From: a virus
Lineage: Duplodnaviria; Caudoviricetes
Reading direction: 5' to 3' (one strand)
Virus record (IMG/VR): IMGVR_UViG_3300020037_002148
Span: 14,988-78,987 of that record
DNA length: 64,000 bases
Shown: positions 1 through 9,371 of the stretch, piece by piece
Position numbering within the stretch: the stretch's first letter is position 1
How the letters are laid out: each line of letters begins with the position of its first letter
Translations under genes and position numbers: made by a program
The notes under the pieces: generated by a model
What the model saw: only the letters and a program-made list of their open reading frames with translations
Databases searched by the model: none
What the model was told of the DNA's origin: nothing

Positions 1-1
1 T

Positions 2-811
2 AAGCAATGGTATGAATTTATTAAATATTTACCAATACTCGAAAATAAAAAGATTATATGTCTTACAGCAACTCCAGGTAAATTTGGATTTACTAAAAGA
101 ACATTAAATACTCTTATTAAAGGTAATGTATTTGAATATAACGTAGAAGAAGCTGTAGATAATGAAATGGTTAATGATTTTCGTATTCATATAATTTATA
201 ATACACTTGATAATGTAAATAAAAATTCTAAAGCAGGGTCTAAAGAAAAACCTTTTTTAACTACAGAAAAATCTAATTATGAATATTTAACAAAAACTAT
301 CAATGAATTAAAAGTATTAATGCTTACTACAAGTGGTAGAACTAAAAATGCTTTAAAGAAATCAATTTTAGAAAGAAAAAGAGCAAGACTACTTTATGAT
401 TTAGAATCAAAAGTTAATTTAATTTTAAAATTCTTAAAAGAATTGGATAGTAGTAAAAAAAGACTTATTTTTGCAAGAACTATTGAAGTAGCTGAAAGAT
501 TAGAACCTCATTCTATTCATAGTAAATCTAAAATGGATTGGTTAACTAAATTCAGAAATGGAGAAATTAATAGTATTTCTTCTGTAGATATGCTTCTTGA
601 AGGTGTTAATTTACCAGGTACAGAAGTAGGTATAATTACAAGTCCTTATGCTGAAAGAAGATTTATTCAAAGTCTTGGAAGATGTCTTAGAAATAATTTA
701 GATGTAATTTCACATTATTACATATTTTGTACTAAAGATACAGTTGAAGAAGATTGGCTTTCTCAAAGTTTAGTAGATATTAACAAAGAAAAAATAATTT
801 ATGAAATATAA
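2..811 (+). CDS. SF2 (DEAD/DEAH-like) helicase, 5'-truncated by the window edge
   Basis: Frame is open from nt 2 (KQWYEF...CLTATPG, motif III), upstream of the 167 ATG. C-terminal helicase motifs LIFART, VDMLLEGVNLP and QSLGRCLR are present. Confidence 0.85.
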   Translation, partial: KQWYEFIKYLPILENKKIICLTATPGKFGFTKRTLNTLIKGNVFEYNVEEAVDNEMVNDFRIHIIYNTLDNVNKNSKAGSKEKPFLTTEKSNYEYLTKTINELKVLMLTTSGRTKNALKKSILERKRARLLYDLESKVNLILKFLKELDSSKKRLIFARTIEVAERLEPHSIHSKSKMDWLTKFRNGEINSISSVDMLLEGVNLPGTEVGIITSPYAERRFIQSLGRCLRNNLDVISHYYIFCTKDTVEEDWLSQSLVDINKEKIIYEI

Positions 812-814
812 AAA

Positions 815-1138
815 ATGATCTATAACTCAATACCAAATAATGTAATAATAGAACTACTTTATAATCAATTAAGTTTAGAAGCTGAATTTCATCTTATTAA
901 TTTACATAATTATATTAAAGGATTTCCTTTAATAAAAGAATTAAATCAGTTAATAAAATTCAAAATTTATATTTCTTTATTTGAAAGAATAGAAAATATA
1001 CCAGAAAAATATCCTAGACCTGATTATAATGTAAAAGAAATAAAAGATGTAATTAAAGCACATTTTAATATGTATGAAGTGTTGAAAAATAATAGAATTA
1101 TTGCAATAATAATTAATAAACAAGTAATAAATGTATAA
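815..1138 (+). CDS. hypothetical protein
   Basis: 107-aa ORF in tight operon spacing, TAATG-coupled to the next gene. Confidence 0.6.
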   Translation: MIYNSIPNNVIIELLYNQLSLEAEFHLINLHNYIKGFPLIKELNQLIKFKIYISLFERIENIPEKYPRPDYNVKEIKDVIKAHFNMYEVLKNNRIIAIIINKQVINV

Positions 1139-1344
1139 TGAAACAATTAGAATTATTAGAACAAGAACTATTAATGATTCAAGAAAATATTCAAAGAATT
1201 AAAAAGTTTAAAAAAGAAAATCAGAATGAAAAATATAAACCTTATAAATCAAGAGTAATTGGTGAATTTAAACATAGAATTATTATATTAAAACAAAGAT
1301 TAACTTTAGTTTCAAGTATTACTACAAGTTCACTTTTTGAATAA
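1138..1344 (+). CDS. hypothetical coiled-coil protein
   Basis: 68-aa ORF coupled to the upstream stop. Confidence 0.6.
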   Translation: MKQLELLEQELLMIQENIQRIKKFKKENQNEKYKPYKSRVIGEFKHRIIILKQRLTLVSSITTSSLFE

Positions 1345-1467
1345 AATAATGAAAAAAATATACAATAGTAAATATTTTTCCAAGAATATTTTATAAAAAC
1401 CTGATGGTTGGCTGCCATTTTCAAGATAAAACTTCTGGGCGGAGTTATAAAACCCACAACAAATAAA

Positions 1468-1821
1468 ATGAGACACGTAGAAAATGCTTACAACAAGTTA
1501 GAAAAAAAGATGGATGCAGATGGTAGTATTATGGGAATACTAAACTTCATCAAAATTGAAAACAAAGAAGATGTAAAAGGAGTAGCACCTATTGTATCTT
1601 TTACTATTCAAAGTGACCCAATTGGAGAGGTTGGAATAAACGGATGTCAAGCATTAGATATGCTTAAATATGTTGCCTGTTTATTTGAATCATTAAATGA
1701 TGCTTTTCCAAGTAGCTACAACGAAACAAGTTTAGGTCACATTGAAAATGCAATTCAAGCACAGAATTTAAGAACTGCTGATAGAATTGCTAGAAATGTA
1801 GAAGGGCAAAACAAGGTTTAA
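1468..1821 (+). CDS. tad1: Tad1-like (Thoeris anti-defence 1) nucleotide-signal sponge protein
   Basis: ATG at 1468 in an A-rich context is preferred over TTG 1408, giving 117 aa. The C-terminal half IQSDPIGEVGINGCQALDML...FPSSYNETSLGHIENAIQAQNLRTADRIARNVEGQNKV matches the Tad1 pattern as recalled (G...DLL...F.S..N..AL.H+E.A...N.R..DRI.RNV.G.N). Confidence 0.75.
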   Translation: MRHVENAYNKLEKKMDADGSIMGILNFIKIENKEDVKGVAPIVSFTIQSDPIGEVGINGCQALDMLKYVACLFESLNDAFPSSYNETSLGHIENAIQAQNLRTADRIARNVEGQNKV

Positions 1822-1869
1822 AATGTTAGTGGTACTTTCTACTGACATTAAAATATTTTAATAAATTAG

Positions 1870-2502
1870 ATGTTAATAAATGAAGAATTAATTAAAACAT
1901 TAGAAAATAATGACTTAGATGTTGGAATTAATCTCACTCTTTTATTTGCAATAGAACAGAAACTTCCTATGAGTTTTTTTCTTACTTATAAAGATGAGGT
2001 AAAACAATTACAACAACTAAATATCATTGAATTTGATCCTATTAATCAAGGATTATTTAAATTAAAAGCTCCTTATAATTTTTGGACTAACACTTTAAAT
2101 ACAATGAGAGTTATATTACAAGGTAAATCTAAAAGTAATGTATCTAAAGTAGAAACAAGTGAATGGATAGATGATTGGTTATTATTATTCCCCAAAGGAA
2201 TGAATAAAACTATTGGTTATGATATACATGGTAATAAAACTGAATGTTTAAATAGAATGTCTAAATTTAGAAAAGAACATTTTAATAAATATAATAGTGA
2301 AATTATTATTAAAGCTACTAAATTATATTTGAAGGAACAAGAAAAGAATAAGTGGGCTTTTACTAAAAAGAATGTAAAATTTATCTATGATGAAAATGGT
2401 AGTATGTTAGAAAACTATTGCGAAAGAATTATAGATGAAGATTATGAAGAAGGAGATTTAGAATTAAATGGATCTTCAGGAAGTACAATTAAACATTGGT
2501 AA
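1870..2502 (+). CDS. conserved phage protein upstream of the replicative helicase (possible replication initiator or loader)
   Basis: 210-aa ORF overlapping the dnaB start; function inferred from position only. Confidence 0.45.
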   Translation: MLINEELIKTLENNDLDVGINLTLLFAIEQKLPMSFFLTYKDEVKQLQQLNIIEFDPINQGLFKLKAPYNFWTNTLNTMRVILQGKSKSNVSKVETSEWIDDWLLLFPKGMNKTIGYDIHGNKTECLNRMSKFRKEHFNKYNSEIIIKATKLYLKEQEKNKWAFTKKNVKFIYDENGSMLENYCERIIDEDYEEGDLELNGSSGSTIKHW

Positions 2503-3491
2503 TGAATCAACATTTTAATGATTTTTTAATAGACTTTGATGTTGGTCAAAGTGGTAATGCAATTAATATACCATTTATAAGACATCCATGTACAGATGAA
2601 CTATCTAAAATAGGTAAAGCTGTTAATATCTCTAAAGGTATTTATACACTTTGCGGTGGTTTACCAGGAAGTGGTAAGACAGGATTTATAGACAGTTTAT
2701 ATGTACTTAGTTTATTTATGTGGTTTTGGAGAAATAAAGATAAAACTGATATTAAACCATATTGGATTTATAGAAGTATGGAAAGATCTATTAAACATAA
2801 AGTAGCTAAATGGACTTGCTGGATGTTATATGTAGAATATGGAATTATAATGGATGTTCCTACAATTCTTCAGTGGTCTAATAAAAAAAGAGATTTAACA
2901 AGTGAAGAACAAGTAATTATAAAAAATTATGATAAATTCTTTGATAAATTATTTCAATATTTAGATATTAAACAAGGTGCTGAAAATCCAACTGGAGTAT
3001 ATAAATATAATAGGAGAATTGCTTATGATAAAGGAAGTTGGATAACATCTGGAGATAAAGGATTATTTATTAATGGTGTTAAAAAAGCAGATTTTAATAA
3101 AGATATATTTGAAGAAGTTTCAGGAGGACTTAAAAGATTATATATTGATATAGATTTATATGGTAAAACTTATAGAATATTTGAATATGATACTAAATAT
3201 GTAGCTAGAGATCCTAATGAAATAGTATTTCCTATTACAGATCATGTTGGTAAATTATTAGCTGAAGGTAGAGATGGAGTTATGTTTAATGATAAACAAA
3301 TTCTTGATAAACATTATGAATATAATGGTAGTTTAAGAGATATTTGTGCTTGGAATCCTATAGATATAGTACAATTAAATAGAGCTATTGAAAATCAAAG
3401 TAGAGGTAGAAGTCTCGTTAAAGGAGCTAAAGAAAATGATTTAAGAATTACAAATCAAGATTTTAAAGGATCTGGAAATGGCTACGAGAAT
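2496..3491 (+). CDS. dnaB: DnaB-like replicative helicase, exon 1
   Basis: Walker A GGLPGSGKT, Walker B PITDHVG, VQLNR and DFKGSGNGYEN. The conserved motif breaks after ...GAG AAT (3491). Confidence 0.85.
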
Positions 3492-4697
3492 AAAATAAAA
3501 AATTATATAACAAATTGACAAAAGTAAAAAGAGAAACAAGAATAATAAGAGATAAATTTTTAGAATATTATAATCAAGGATTAAATGATTCAGAAATAGG
3601 GAGAATTTTAAATTGTAATAATGCTACAGTATGTTTTTGGAGAAAAGATAATAATCTTCCTTCAAATTTCACTCAAGGTAACATACAAAAAGAAATTTTA
3701 AATTTATATTATTCTGGTTTTACCAGAAAAGAAATAGAATTAAAAGGTTATAATAAAAAATATTTAGATAGTTTATTAGTAAATAAAAAATCTAATAAAA
3801 AATATCCTATAATTACAAAAGATATTATTTCAAGAATACTTGGAACAATGTTAGGGGATGCAAGTATTTCTAAAAAAGGTTCATTTACATTTACACATAA
3901 AATAAAAAATGAACAATATGCTTTAACTAAAGCTAATAGAATAGGGTTAGAAAATAAAGTTTATTATAGAAATATGGAATTATTAGGTAAAGATTTTCCA
4001 GTATTGAGTGTAGTATTTATAGTTCATCCTTATTTCCATAGTTTAAGAAAAATACTTTATCCGAATAATAAAAAACAATTTCCAATAAATTATTGTAAGA
4101 AATATTTTAATTGGGAATCAATGGCTTATTGGTTTATGGATGATGGTAGTAATATTAGAGGTGCTGGGCAATTAGCAATACATTCTATGAAAAATAATGC
4201 TGAAGATATTAAAATATTATTTAAAGAAAAATTAAATCTTAATTGTAATATTCAAAGTAACGGTAAGGTTATTTATTTCCCTAAAAAAGATTTTATTTAT
4301 TTTGTTGAAAATATAAAACCTTTTGTCACAAAAGATATGTTATATAAAATAGTGTGTTCTCAATAAATTGGATGAATTGACGGGAAGTTCCTTAGAGCTT
4401 ATTCTACTAAACTAAAATGGTAACATATTTAGTGGATTTTGAGAAAGACAAAATGTATAGTAAAAAAGAATAAGATTGGATAATCCGCAGCCAAGTATCT
4501 TTTTAAATGAAAGATAAAGGTTCAACGACTAAAAGAATGAAACTTAGAAATAAGAATATAATTTCTTTCAAGAGTGTCCAACAATTAACAGAGGTTAATT
4601 GATGATATAGTCTAAACTGAGTTAGAATTAACTAACTAATGAAAATGAAGGAAACTTCCAGAGAGTAGGATAAAGAACCTACTGATAATAATTAATG
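3492..4697 (+). mobile_element. group I self-splicing intron (1206 nt) in dnaB
   Basis: Exon ends in U (3491) and intron ends in G (4697). P AATTGACGGGAA 4375-4386, Q AATCCGCAGC 4482-4491, R GTTCAACGACTA 4520-4531, S GATATAGTCT 4604-4613, P3 TTGGATG 4368-4374 with TGTCCAA 4575-4581, IGS GTTCTC 4356-4361 pairing GAGAAT. Splicing restores GYEN|ADLVLG in frame. Confidence 0.93.
3515..4366 (+). CDS. intron-encoded LAGLIDADG homing endonuclease (two motifs) with N-terminal HTH
   Basis: Motifs ILGTMLGDASI and MAYWFMDDGS; N-terminal GLNDSEIGRILNCNNATVCFWRK HTH; TTG start; lies inside the intron. Confidence 0.88.
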   Translation: MTKVKRETRIIRDKFLEYYNQGLNDSEIGRILNCNNATVCFWRKDNNLPSNFTQGNIQKEILNLYYSGFTRKEIELKGYNKKYLDSLLVNKKSNKKYPIITKDIISRILGTMLGDASISKKGSFTFTHKIKNEQYALTKANRIGLENKVYYRNMELLGKDFPVLSVVFIVHPYFHSLRKILYPNNKKQFPINYCKKYFNWESMAYWFMDDGSNIRGAGQLAIHSMKNNAEDIKILFKEKLNLNCNIQSNGKVIYFPKKDFIYFVENIKPFVTKDMLYKIVCSQ

Positions 4698-4973
4698 GCA
4701 GATTTAGTACTTGGTTTATTAAATCCTTATAAATTAGATGAACATAGTTATGGTGGTTATAAAATACCTAATTTTATATCTGAAGGAGGAGAAAATAGAT
4801 TTAGAAGTATTACAATAGTTAAAAATTCTTATGGTGTAGATGATATATCATTAGGATATTTATTTTTAGGTGAAAATTCATTTGTAACAGAATTACCCAC
4901 ATCAACAGAAATGAATAGAGATAATTCTTATGAAGTTTATAGAAATGCTTCAAGAGAATTGTTATTGAATTAA
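4698..4973 (+). CDS. dnaB: DnaB-like helicase, exon 2 (spliced product about 423 aa)
   Basis: ADLVLGLLNPYK...ITIVKNSYG continues the DnaB C-terminal motifs; the 4695 ATG is the intron 3' end. Confidence 0.85.
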   Translation, partial: ADLVLGLLNPYKLDEHSYGGYKIPNFISEGGENRFRSITIVKNSYGVDDISLGYLFLGENSFVTELPTSTEMNRDNSYEVYRNASRELLLN

Positions 4974-4985
4974 ACAAATTAATTA

Positions 4986-5663
4986 ATGTCAGAGACAAAA
5001 ATTAGAACAATTTGTGTAGATACCTTAACTGGTATTCAACAAGAGGAATATATGACTTCAAAAAAAAAACCTGGTCATGATGATTGGGCAGATTTTGGAA
5101 AAGATATATATACTTTTATGACAGACTTACAAAATTTAGGTTTTGAAGTTGTGTTAATTTTAGGTGAACCTGGAACTGGAAAATCATCAGGTATGAGAAC
5201 ATTAAAACCAAAAACAAATATTTGGTATAATGCTGATAATAAGAATCCAGTTTGGGAAGGTGGTAAAGAAGAATATGGTAAAAAAACAAACCCTATATTA
5301 CCTTATCATGTAATACCTAAATCTTATAAAGAAGTTATAGAACATATTAAAGTTGGAATTTCCAAAGGAATGTTTGAAAGTGAAAGATATGCTTTTATAA
5401 CTGGACATACAGAAACTTATAAAGTAGGTGCTGAAACTAAAGAGAGATTAAAAACTCTTGGTAGATTAGCTACAAAAATGCAATTAGAAGGTAAAATGGA
5501 AACTGTATTGTATTCAAGAGTAGAAATGGAAGCTGGGAAACCAACTTTCCTATTAGAAACTCAGAATAATGGTAATAATACAGCTAGAAGTCATCAAAAT
5601 ATGTTTGAGGGTAAAATTCCAAATGATTATAATATGATCTTGGAAAAACTACTTGAATATTAA
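4986..5663 (+). CDS. Sak4/AAA_24-like P-loop ATPase with rearranged motif order
   Basis: Walker A GEPGTGKS, Walker-B-like TICVD segment placed at the N-terminus, FITGHTE, and C-terminal TQNNGNNTARS...IPND. Confidence 0.75.
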   Translation: MSETKIRTICVDTLTGIQQEEYMTSKKKPGHDDWADFGKDIYTFMTDLQNLGFEVVLILGEPGTGKSSGMRTLKPKTNIWYNADNKNPVWEGGKEEYGKKTNPILPYHVIPKSYKEVIEHIKVGISKGMFESERYAFITGHTETYKVGAETKERLKTLGRLATKMQLEGKMETVLYSRVEMEAGKPTFLLETQNNGNNTARSHQNMFEGKIPNDYNMILEKLLEY

Positions 5664-5682
5664 AATAAAAAAAAATTAATAA

Positions 5683-6135
5683 ATGAATTTTAATTTCGGA
5701 GTGCCTTTAGTTAGGCAAAAAAAAACAGAGAAATATGATTTTCCTGTTTTAGTGATGCAAAAAGAAAATAATCAAAAACACAGTGCTAAAAGATTTACAT
5801 TAAATAAATCTGCAATTGAGTTATTAGGAATAACACATGAAGCAGATGAAGCTGTTTCTATTGGTTTTCCTCAGCAAAATGAAGGGAAATTCATTATTGC
5901 TAGAACAACAAATAATGAAAATGTACCTGATAAACATAAATATTTAGTAGGTAAAACAGAACATAGCTTTTCTAATAGTCAAGTATATAATGCTATTAAA
6001 AAAGAATTGGATTTAAATTTAACAGAGGATGTAGAATTCAGAATTAATGAAGATAATACATTACATCTTTTAACAGAAATAAGTCAAATAGAATTAGAAG
6101 AAAATCAAAATCAATTAAAATTAGAAATATGTTAA
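5683..6135 (+). CDS. hypothetical protein
   Basis: 150-aa ORF in the replication operon. Confidence 0.6.
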   Translation: MNFNFGVPLVRQKKTEKYDFPVLVMQKENNQKHSAKRFTLNKSAIELLGITHEADEAVSIGFPQQNEGKFIIARTTNNENVPDKHKYLVGKTEHSFSNSQVYNAIKKELDLNLTEDVEFRINEDNTLHLLTEISQIELEENQNQLKLEIC

Positions 6136-7022
6136 CAGGAGCAGGTCAAAAGACGAGTAAATTTAAAACACCAATTACAGGATTAGCTGTAGTAAAACCA
6201 TTATTTGTAAATCCTACAAATGATGATTATAAAAGAATAACAGGTAAAGATTTACCATACACATTAGAATATACTATTAGAGAGAACTCTAATATAAATA
6301 ATAGAGAGGAGTTTCCAATTAGAATATTAGTACATCAAGTTGAAAAAGATGTTTATGAATTTGTAAATTTCAATGTATCAAATATTGATGATGTAGCACA
6401 AACAGGTTCTGTAAGATGGTTAGATTCTAAAGGTAACATGACTTGGTCTAAATCTTTAGAGACAATTCAAGAGAATCCTAATATGGCTTGGTTTGATAGT
6501 TCAAATGCAAGATCAATGAAAGTTGGTGAATATGAATTATATTCTTGGATTCAAAAATTAGTATCTTATGACACAAGAGCAGATGGAGCTAATTTTAAAG
6601 ATGAAATGATTAAAAATGGAGTTACATCAGCTAATTTATTTAATGGAACTACAAATGGTTTACAAGGGTTAATTGACTGGTCTAATAAACAAGGATATGC
6701 TGTAGGTATGTTATTCTATGTAGTTGAAACTACAAAAGATGGAAACACTAATTATAATCAAAAATTAGCTTCTTATCCAGTAGAGATGTTCTTTTATACA
6801 GATGAAAAAGATGGTGTTAGAACTATTAGTAACTATGCTTACAAAACTATGGAGAAATTGATTAAAGGTGATGAATCTAAAAATCAAAAACCAGTAAATA
6901 TTAAAGGTTTATACACCTATAAATTACAGGATTTCGATAAAGAAACATCACTTGGTGGTGAACCAAATGTTGCTATAAGTGGTGTTTCAACAGGTGTTGT
7001 AGCAAGTTCTAAATGGGTTTAA
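6129..7022 (+). CDS. putative ssDNA-binding protein (crAss-like)
   Basis: VKPLFVNPT...Y pattern recalled from crAss-like SSB candidates; lies between the Sak4-like ATPase and the primase. Confidence 0.5.
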   Translation: MLTGAGQKTSKFKTPITGLAVVKPLFVNPTNDDYKRITGKDLPYTLEYTIRENSNINNREEFPIRILVHQVEKDVYEFVNFNVSNIDDVAQTGSVRWLDSKGNMTWSKSLETIQENPNMAWFDSSNARSMKVGEYELYSWIQKLVSYDTRADGANFKDEMIKNGVTSANLFNGTTNGLQGLIDWSNKQGYAVGMLFYVVETTKDGNTNYNQKLASYPVEMFFYTDEKDGVRTISNYAYKTMEKLIKGDESKNQKPVNIKGLYTYKLQDFDKETSLGGEPNVAISGVSTGVVASSKWV

Positions 7023-7033
7023 AATAAAATATT

Positions 7034-7318
7034 ATGACAAAAGAAGAAATATTTAGTGAAAATTTAGAAATTTTTAAGTTTTACAGAGATATAAAAATTA
7101 TTGATTCTTTTGATATTTATAATATTAAACTTGAATATCATAATAGTTGGGATTGGTTAATGCCAGTAGTTCAAAAATGTTTAAAAATTAATGAAGAAAA
7201 TTTAGATGAATGGGAAAAATATTATGAAAATATAGATGATAGTTTTTATCATATTAATATTACTCAAACATATAAAGAAGTATTGAACTTTATTAAATGG
7301 TATAATAAACAAAAATAA
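7034..7318 (+). CDS. conserved phage hypothetical protein (YHxSWDWLMPVV family)
   Basis: YHNSWDWLMPVVQKC motif. Confidence 0.6.
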   Translation: MTKEEIFSENLEIFKFYRDIKIIDSFDIYNIKLEYHNSWDWLMPVVQKCLKINEENLDEWEKYYENIDDSFYHINITQTYKEVLNFIKWYNKQK

Positions 7319-7327
7319 AAAAGGTAA

Positions 7328-8413
7328 ATGGAATTTAATTTACCAAAAAAGAGAAATCCACTTACTGTAGAAAATGTATTTAGTTTAGTTACAGAATTAG
7401 AAATATTCAGACATTTTATAGGACATGAATTTATAGTTGGAAAAGTATTTATTTCTCCATTAAGACAAGAAAAAAGAGCTTCATTTGGTATTTATCCTAC
7501 ACAGGATGCAAAATATAAATATCATTGTAAAGACTTTAAAGGTTTTAATGGAAATGTAATGAGCTTTGTTTGTGAGATGTATAAGAGACCATTTGATTTA
7601 TTATTTGCTTTATATACAATTAATAAAGAAATGAATCTTGGACTTGATGATATTACTGTAAGCAAGTCTTTAAAAATGAAAGGTGTTTCTAAATCTGGAA
7701 CTATAGTTAAATATGAAAATTATCAAAAAGAAATAACAAAATCTGAAGTAGAGTTTAGAATAGTGAAAAGAGATTTTCAGAAATATGATAAAGATTTCTG
7801 GTCTAAAGGATGTATTCAAAAATCTACTTTAGATTTATTTCATGTATATGCAACAGAAGAAGTATGGATGAATAAAGGTTTGGGTTGGGTTAAGATTTGG
7901 ATTAATTCTAAATCTAATCCAATTTACTCTTATTACTTTAAACATACCAATCATTTTAAACATTATAGACCTTATGAAGTTGCAAATTCTAAAGGTGATA
8001 TATGGAAGTGGTTGAGTAATTGCAATATAGATGATATTCAGGGTTATCACCAACTGCCATTGAAAGGAAATACCTTAATCCTCACCAAATCATTAAAAGA
8101 TGTAATGACACTTTATGAACTTGGATTTAATGCTATTTCCTTTCACGCAGAAGGTGTAACTGTACCTAAAGAAAGAATGGAAGAATTACTTAGTAGATTT
8201 ACTAATGTAATTTGTTATTATGATAATGATGAAGCAGGTAAGTTGAATTCTCATAAGATAACCAAAGGTTATAATATAAGACATTTTAATAATCCAGATG
8301 GATTAAAAGAGAAAGATGCTTTTGATTATGTTAGTAGTTTTGGACAAAAAGCTATGTTAGATTTATTTAAAAGTAAAAATATATTTCCTGATTTTAAAAA
8401 GATAATAATATGA
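7328..8413 (+). CDS. dnaG: DnaG-type DNA primase (crAss-like)
   Basis: N-terminal SPLRQEKRASF region; TOPRIM motifs LTKSLKDVM and YYDNDEAG; KDAFD. Confidence 0.85.
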   Translation: MEFNLPKKRNPLTVENVFSLVTELEIFRHFIGHEFIVGKVFISPLRQEKRASFGIYPTQDAKYKYHCKDFKGFNGNVMSFVCEMYKRPFDLLFALYTINKEMNLGLDDITVSKSLKMKGVSKSGTIVKYENYQKEITKSEVEFRIVKRDFQKYDKDFWSKGCIQKSTLDLFHVYATEEVWMNKGLGWVKIWINSKSNPIYSYYFKHTNHFKHYRPYEVANSKGDIWKWLSNCNIDDIQGYHQLPLKGNTLILTKSLKDVMTLYELGFNAISFHAEGVTVPKERMEELLSRFTNVICYYDNDEAGKLNSHKITKGYNIRHFNNPDGLKEKDAFDYVSSFGQKAMLDLFKSKNIFPDFKKIII

Positions 8414-8550
8414 AAAAATACAAATATAAAATAGTACCTAAAATAATTGATACTAATGGTGAAGCATTTTTAAATTTAATGGGTCAAGATGGTTGGGAAT
8501 TAGTTTCTGTTACTGAATTTTATTTTTATCTTAAAAGAGAAATAATATGA
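8410..8550 (+). CDS. small DUF4177-like protein (46 aa, not in the ORF track)
   Basis: MKKYKYKIV...FLNLMGQDGWELVSV...YFYLKR; ATGA overlaps on both sides. Confidence 0.65.
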   Translation: MKKYKYKIVPKIIDTNGEAFLNLMGQDGWELVSVTEFYFYLKREII

Positions 8551-8774
8551 AAGGTATAATAAATAAAGATGGTTCTGTAACAGGAGAAGATAGTAAAATC
8601 TACTGGCTTCCTTTTAGAGGGCAAGATAATGAAAATTATCCTGAAGTGTTAATGGATGCTAAATCTGTTGGTGGTAGTGGGGATTTTCATAGACAATCAA
8701 TTAAACCTTTTATAGGAATGACTGTAGAATTTGTTAATCAGGGCAAAGGATATAACTATAAGATTTTGAGCTAA
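8547..8774 (+). CDS. hypothetical protein
   Basis: 75-aa ORF coupled to the upstream gene. Confidence 0.55.
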   Translation: MKGIINKDGSVTGEDSKIYWLPFRGQDNENYPEVLMDAKSVGGSGDFHRQSIKPFIGMTVEFVNQGKGYNYKILS

Positions 8775-8835
8775 ACACGGGTGTTAATTAACAATTAACT
8801 GTAAGATCTAACAGCTCAATAAAATTATTTAAATA

Positions 8836-9207
8836 ATGTCTAAAAAAATAGAAAAAACTAGAAATAATGGTTCTATGACAGAATCAGCATTTTGGAGTTT
8901 TATTAGAAGTGCTTTAAGACAGAAAAGTAGATGGTGGAAACCAATACAAGAATGTAAGAAAAAAGTTAAAAGAGTTTATAAAGGAAATAATAAAAGACAG
9001 AAATTTGAATATAAATGTAATGTTTGTAAAGAATATTTTCCTGAAAAAGAAATACAAGTGGATCATATAAAACCTGTAGGAACTTTAAAATCTGGTAAAG
9101 ATTTAGAATTATTTGTAGAGAATTTATTTTGTGAAATAAACAATTTACAATGTATTTGTACTATTTGTCACAATAAAAAAACTCAAAGTGAAAAAATAAA
9201 AGAATAA
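8836..9207 (+). CDS. free-standing HNH endonuclease with Zn-binding CxxC pairs
   Basis: CNVC...VDHI...NLQCICTICH. Confidence 0.8.
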   Translation: MSKKIEKTRNNGSMTESAFWSFIRSALRQKSRWWKPIQECKKKVKRVYKGNNKRQKFEYKCNVCKEYFPEKEIQVDHIKPVGTLKSGKDLELFVENLFCEINNLQCICTICHNKKTQSEKIKE

Positions 9208-9209
9208 TC

Positions 9210-9371
9210 ATGGAAGAAATAATAGAAGAGTTTTTAAAACAAGAAGATGTTTCTGATAGTCATAATATAAATGTATGGTCAGAAAGTAAAAAGAAATGGT
9301 TATCTATAAATGTGAAAGAATTTATTGATAAATATAACATATTTCTTAGAAAGAAGAGTTATTTGAAATAA
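9210..9371 (+). CDS. hypothetical protein (53 aa, not in the ORF track)
   Basis: Fills the gap exactly; TAATG overlap with the next gene. Confidence 0.55.
   Translation: MEEIIEEFLKQEDVSDSHNINVWSESKKKWLSINVKEFIDKYNIFLRKKSYLK

Noticed and set aside
4695-4973. 92-aa ORF as an independent gene
   Set aside because: Its ATG is the last three nucleotides of the intron; the sequence is dnaB exon 2.
8768-8817. Cloverleaf-like set of short hairpins before the HNH gene
   Set aside because: Stems are 3-6 bp, overlapping and AT-rich, which is compatible with chance.
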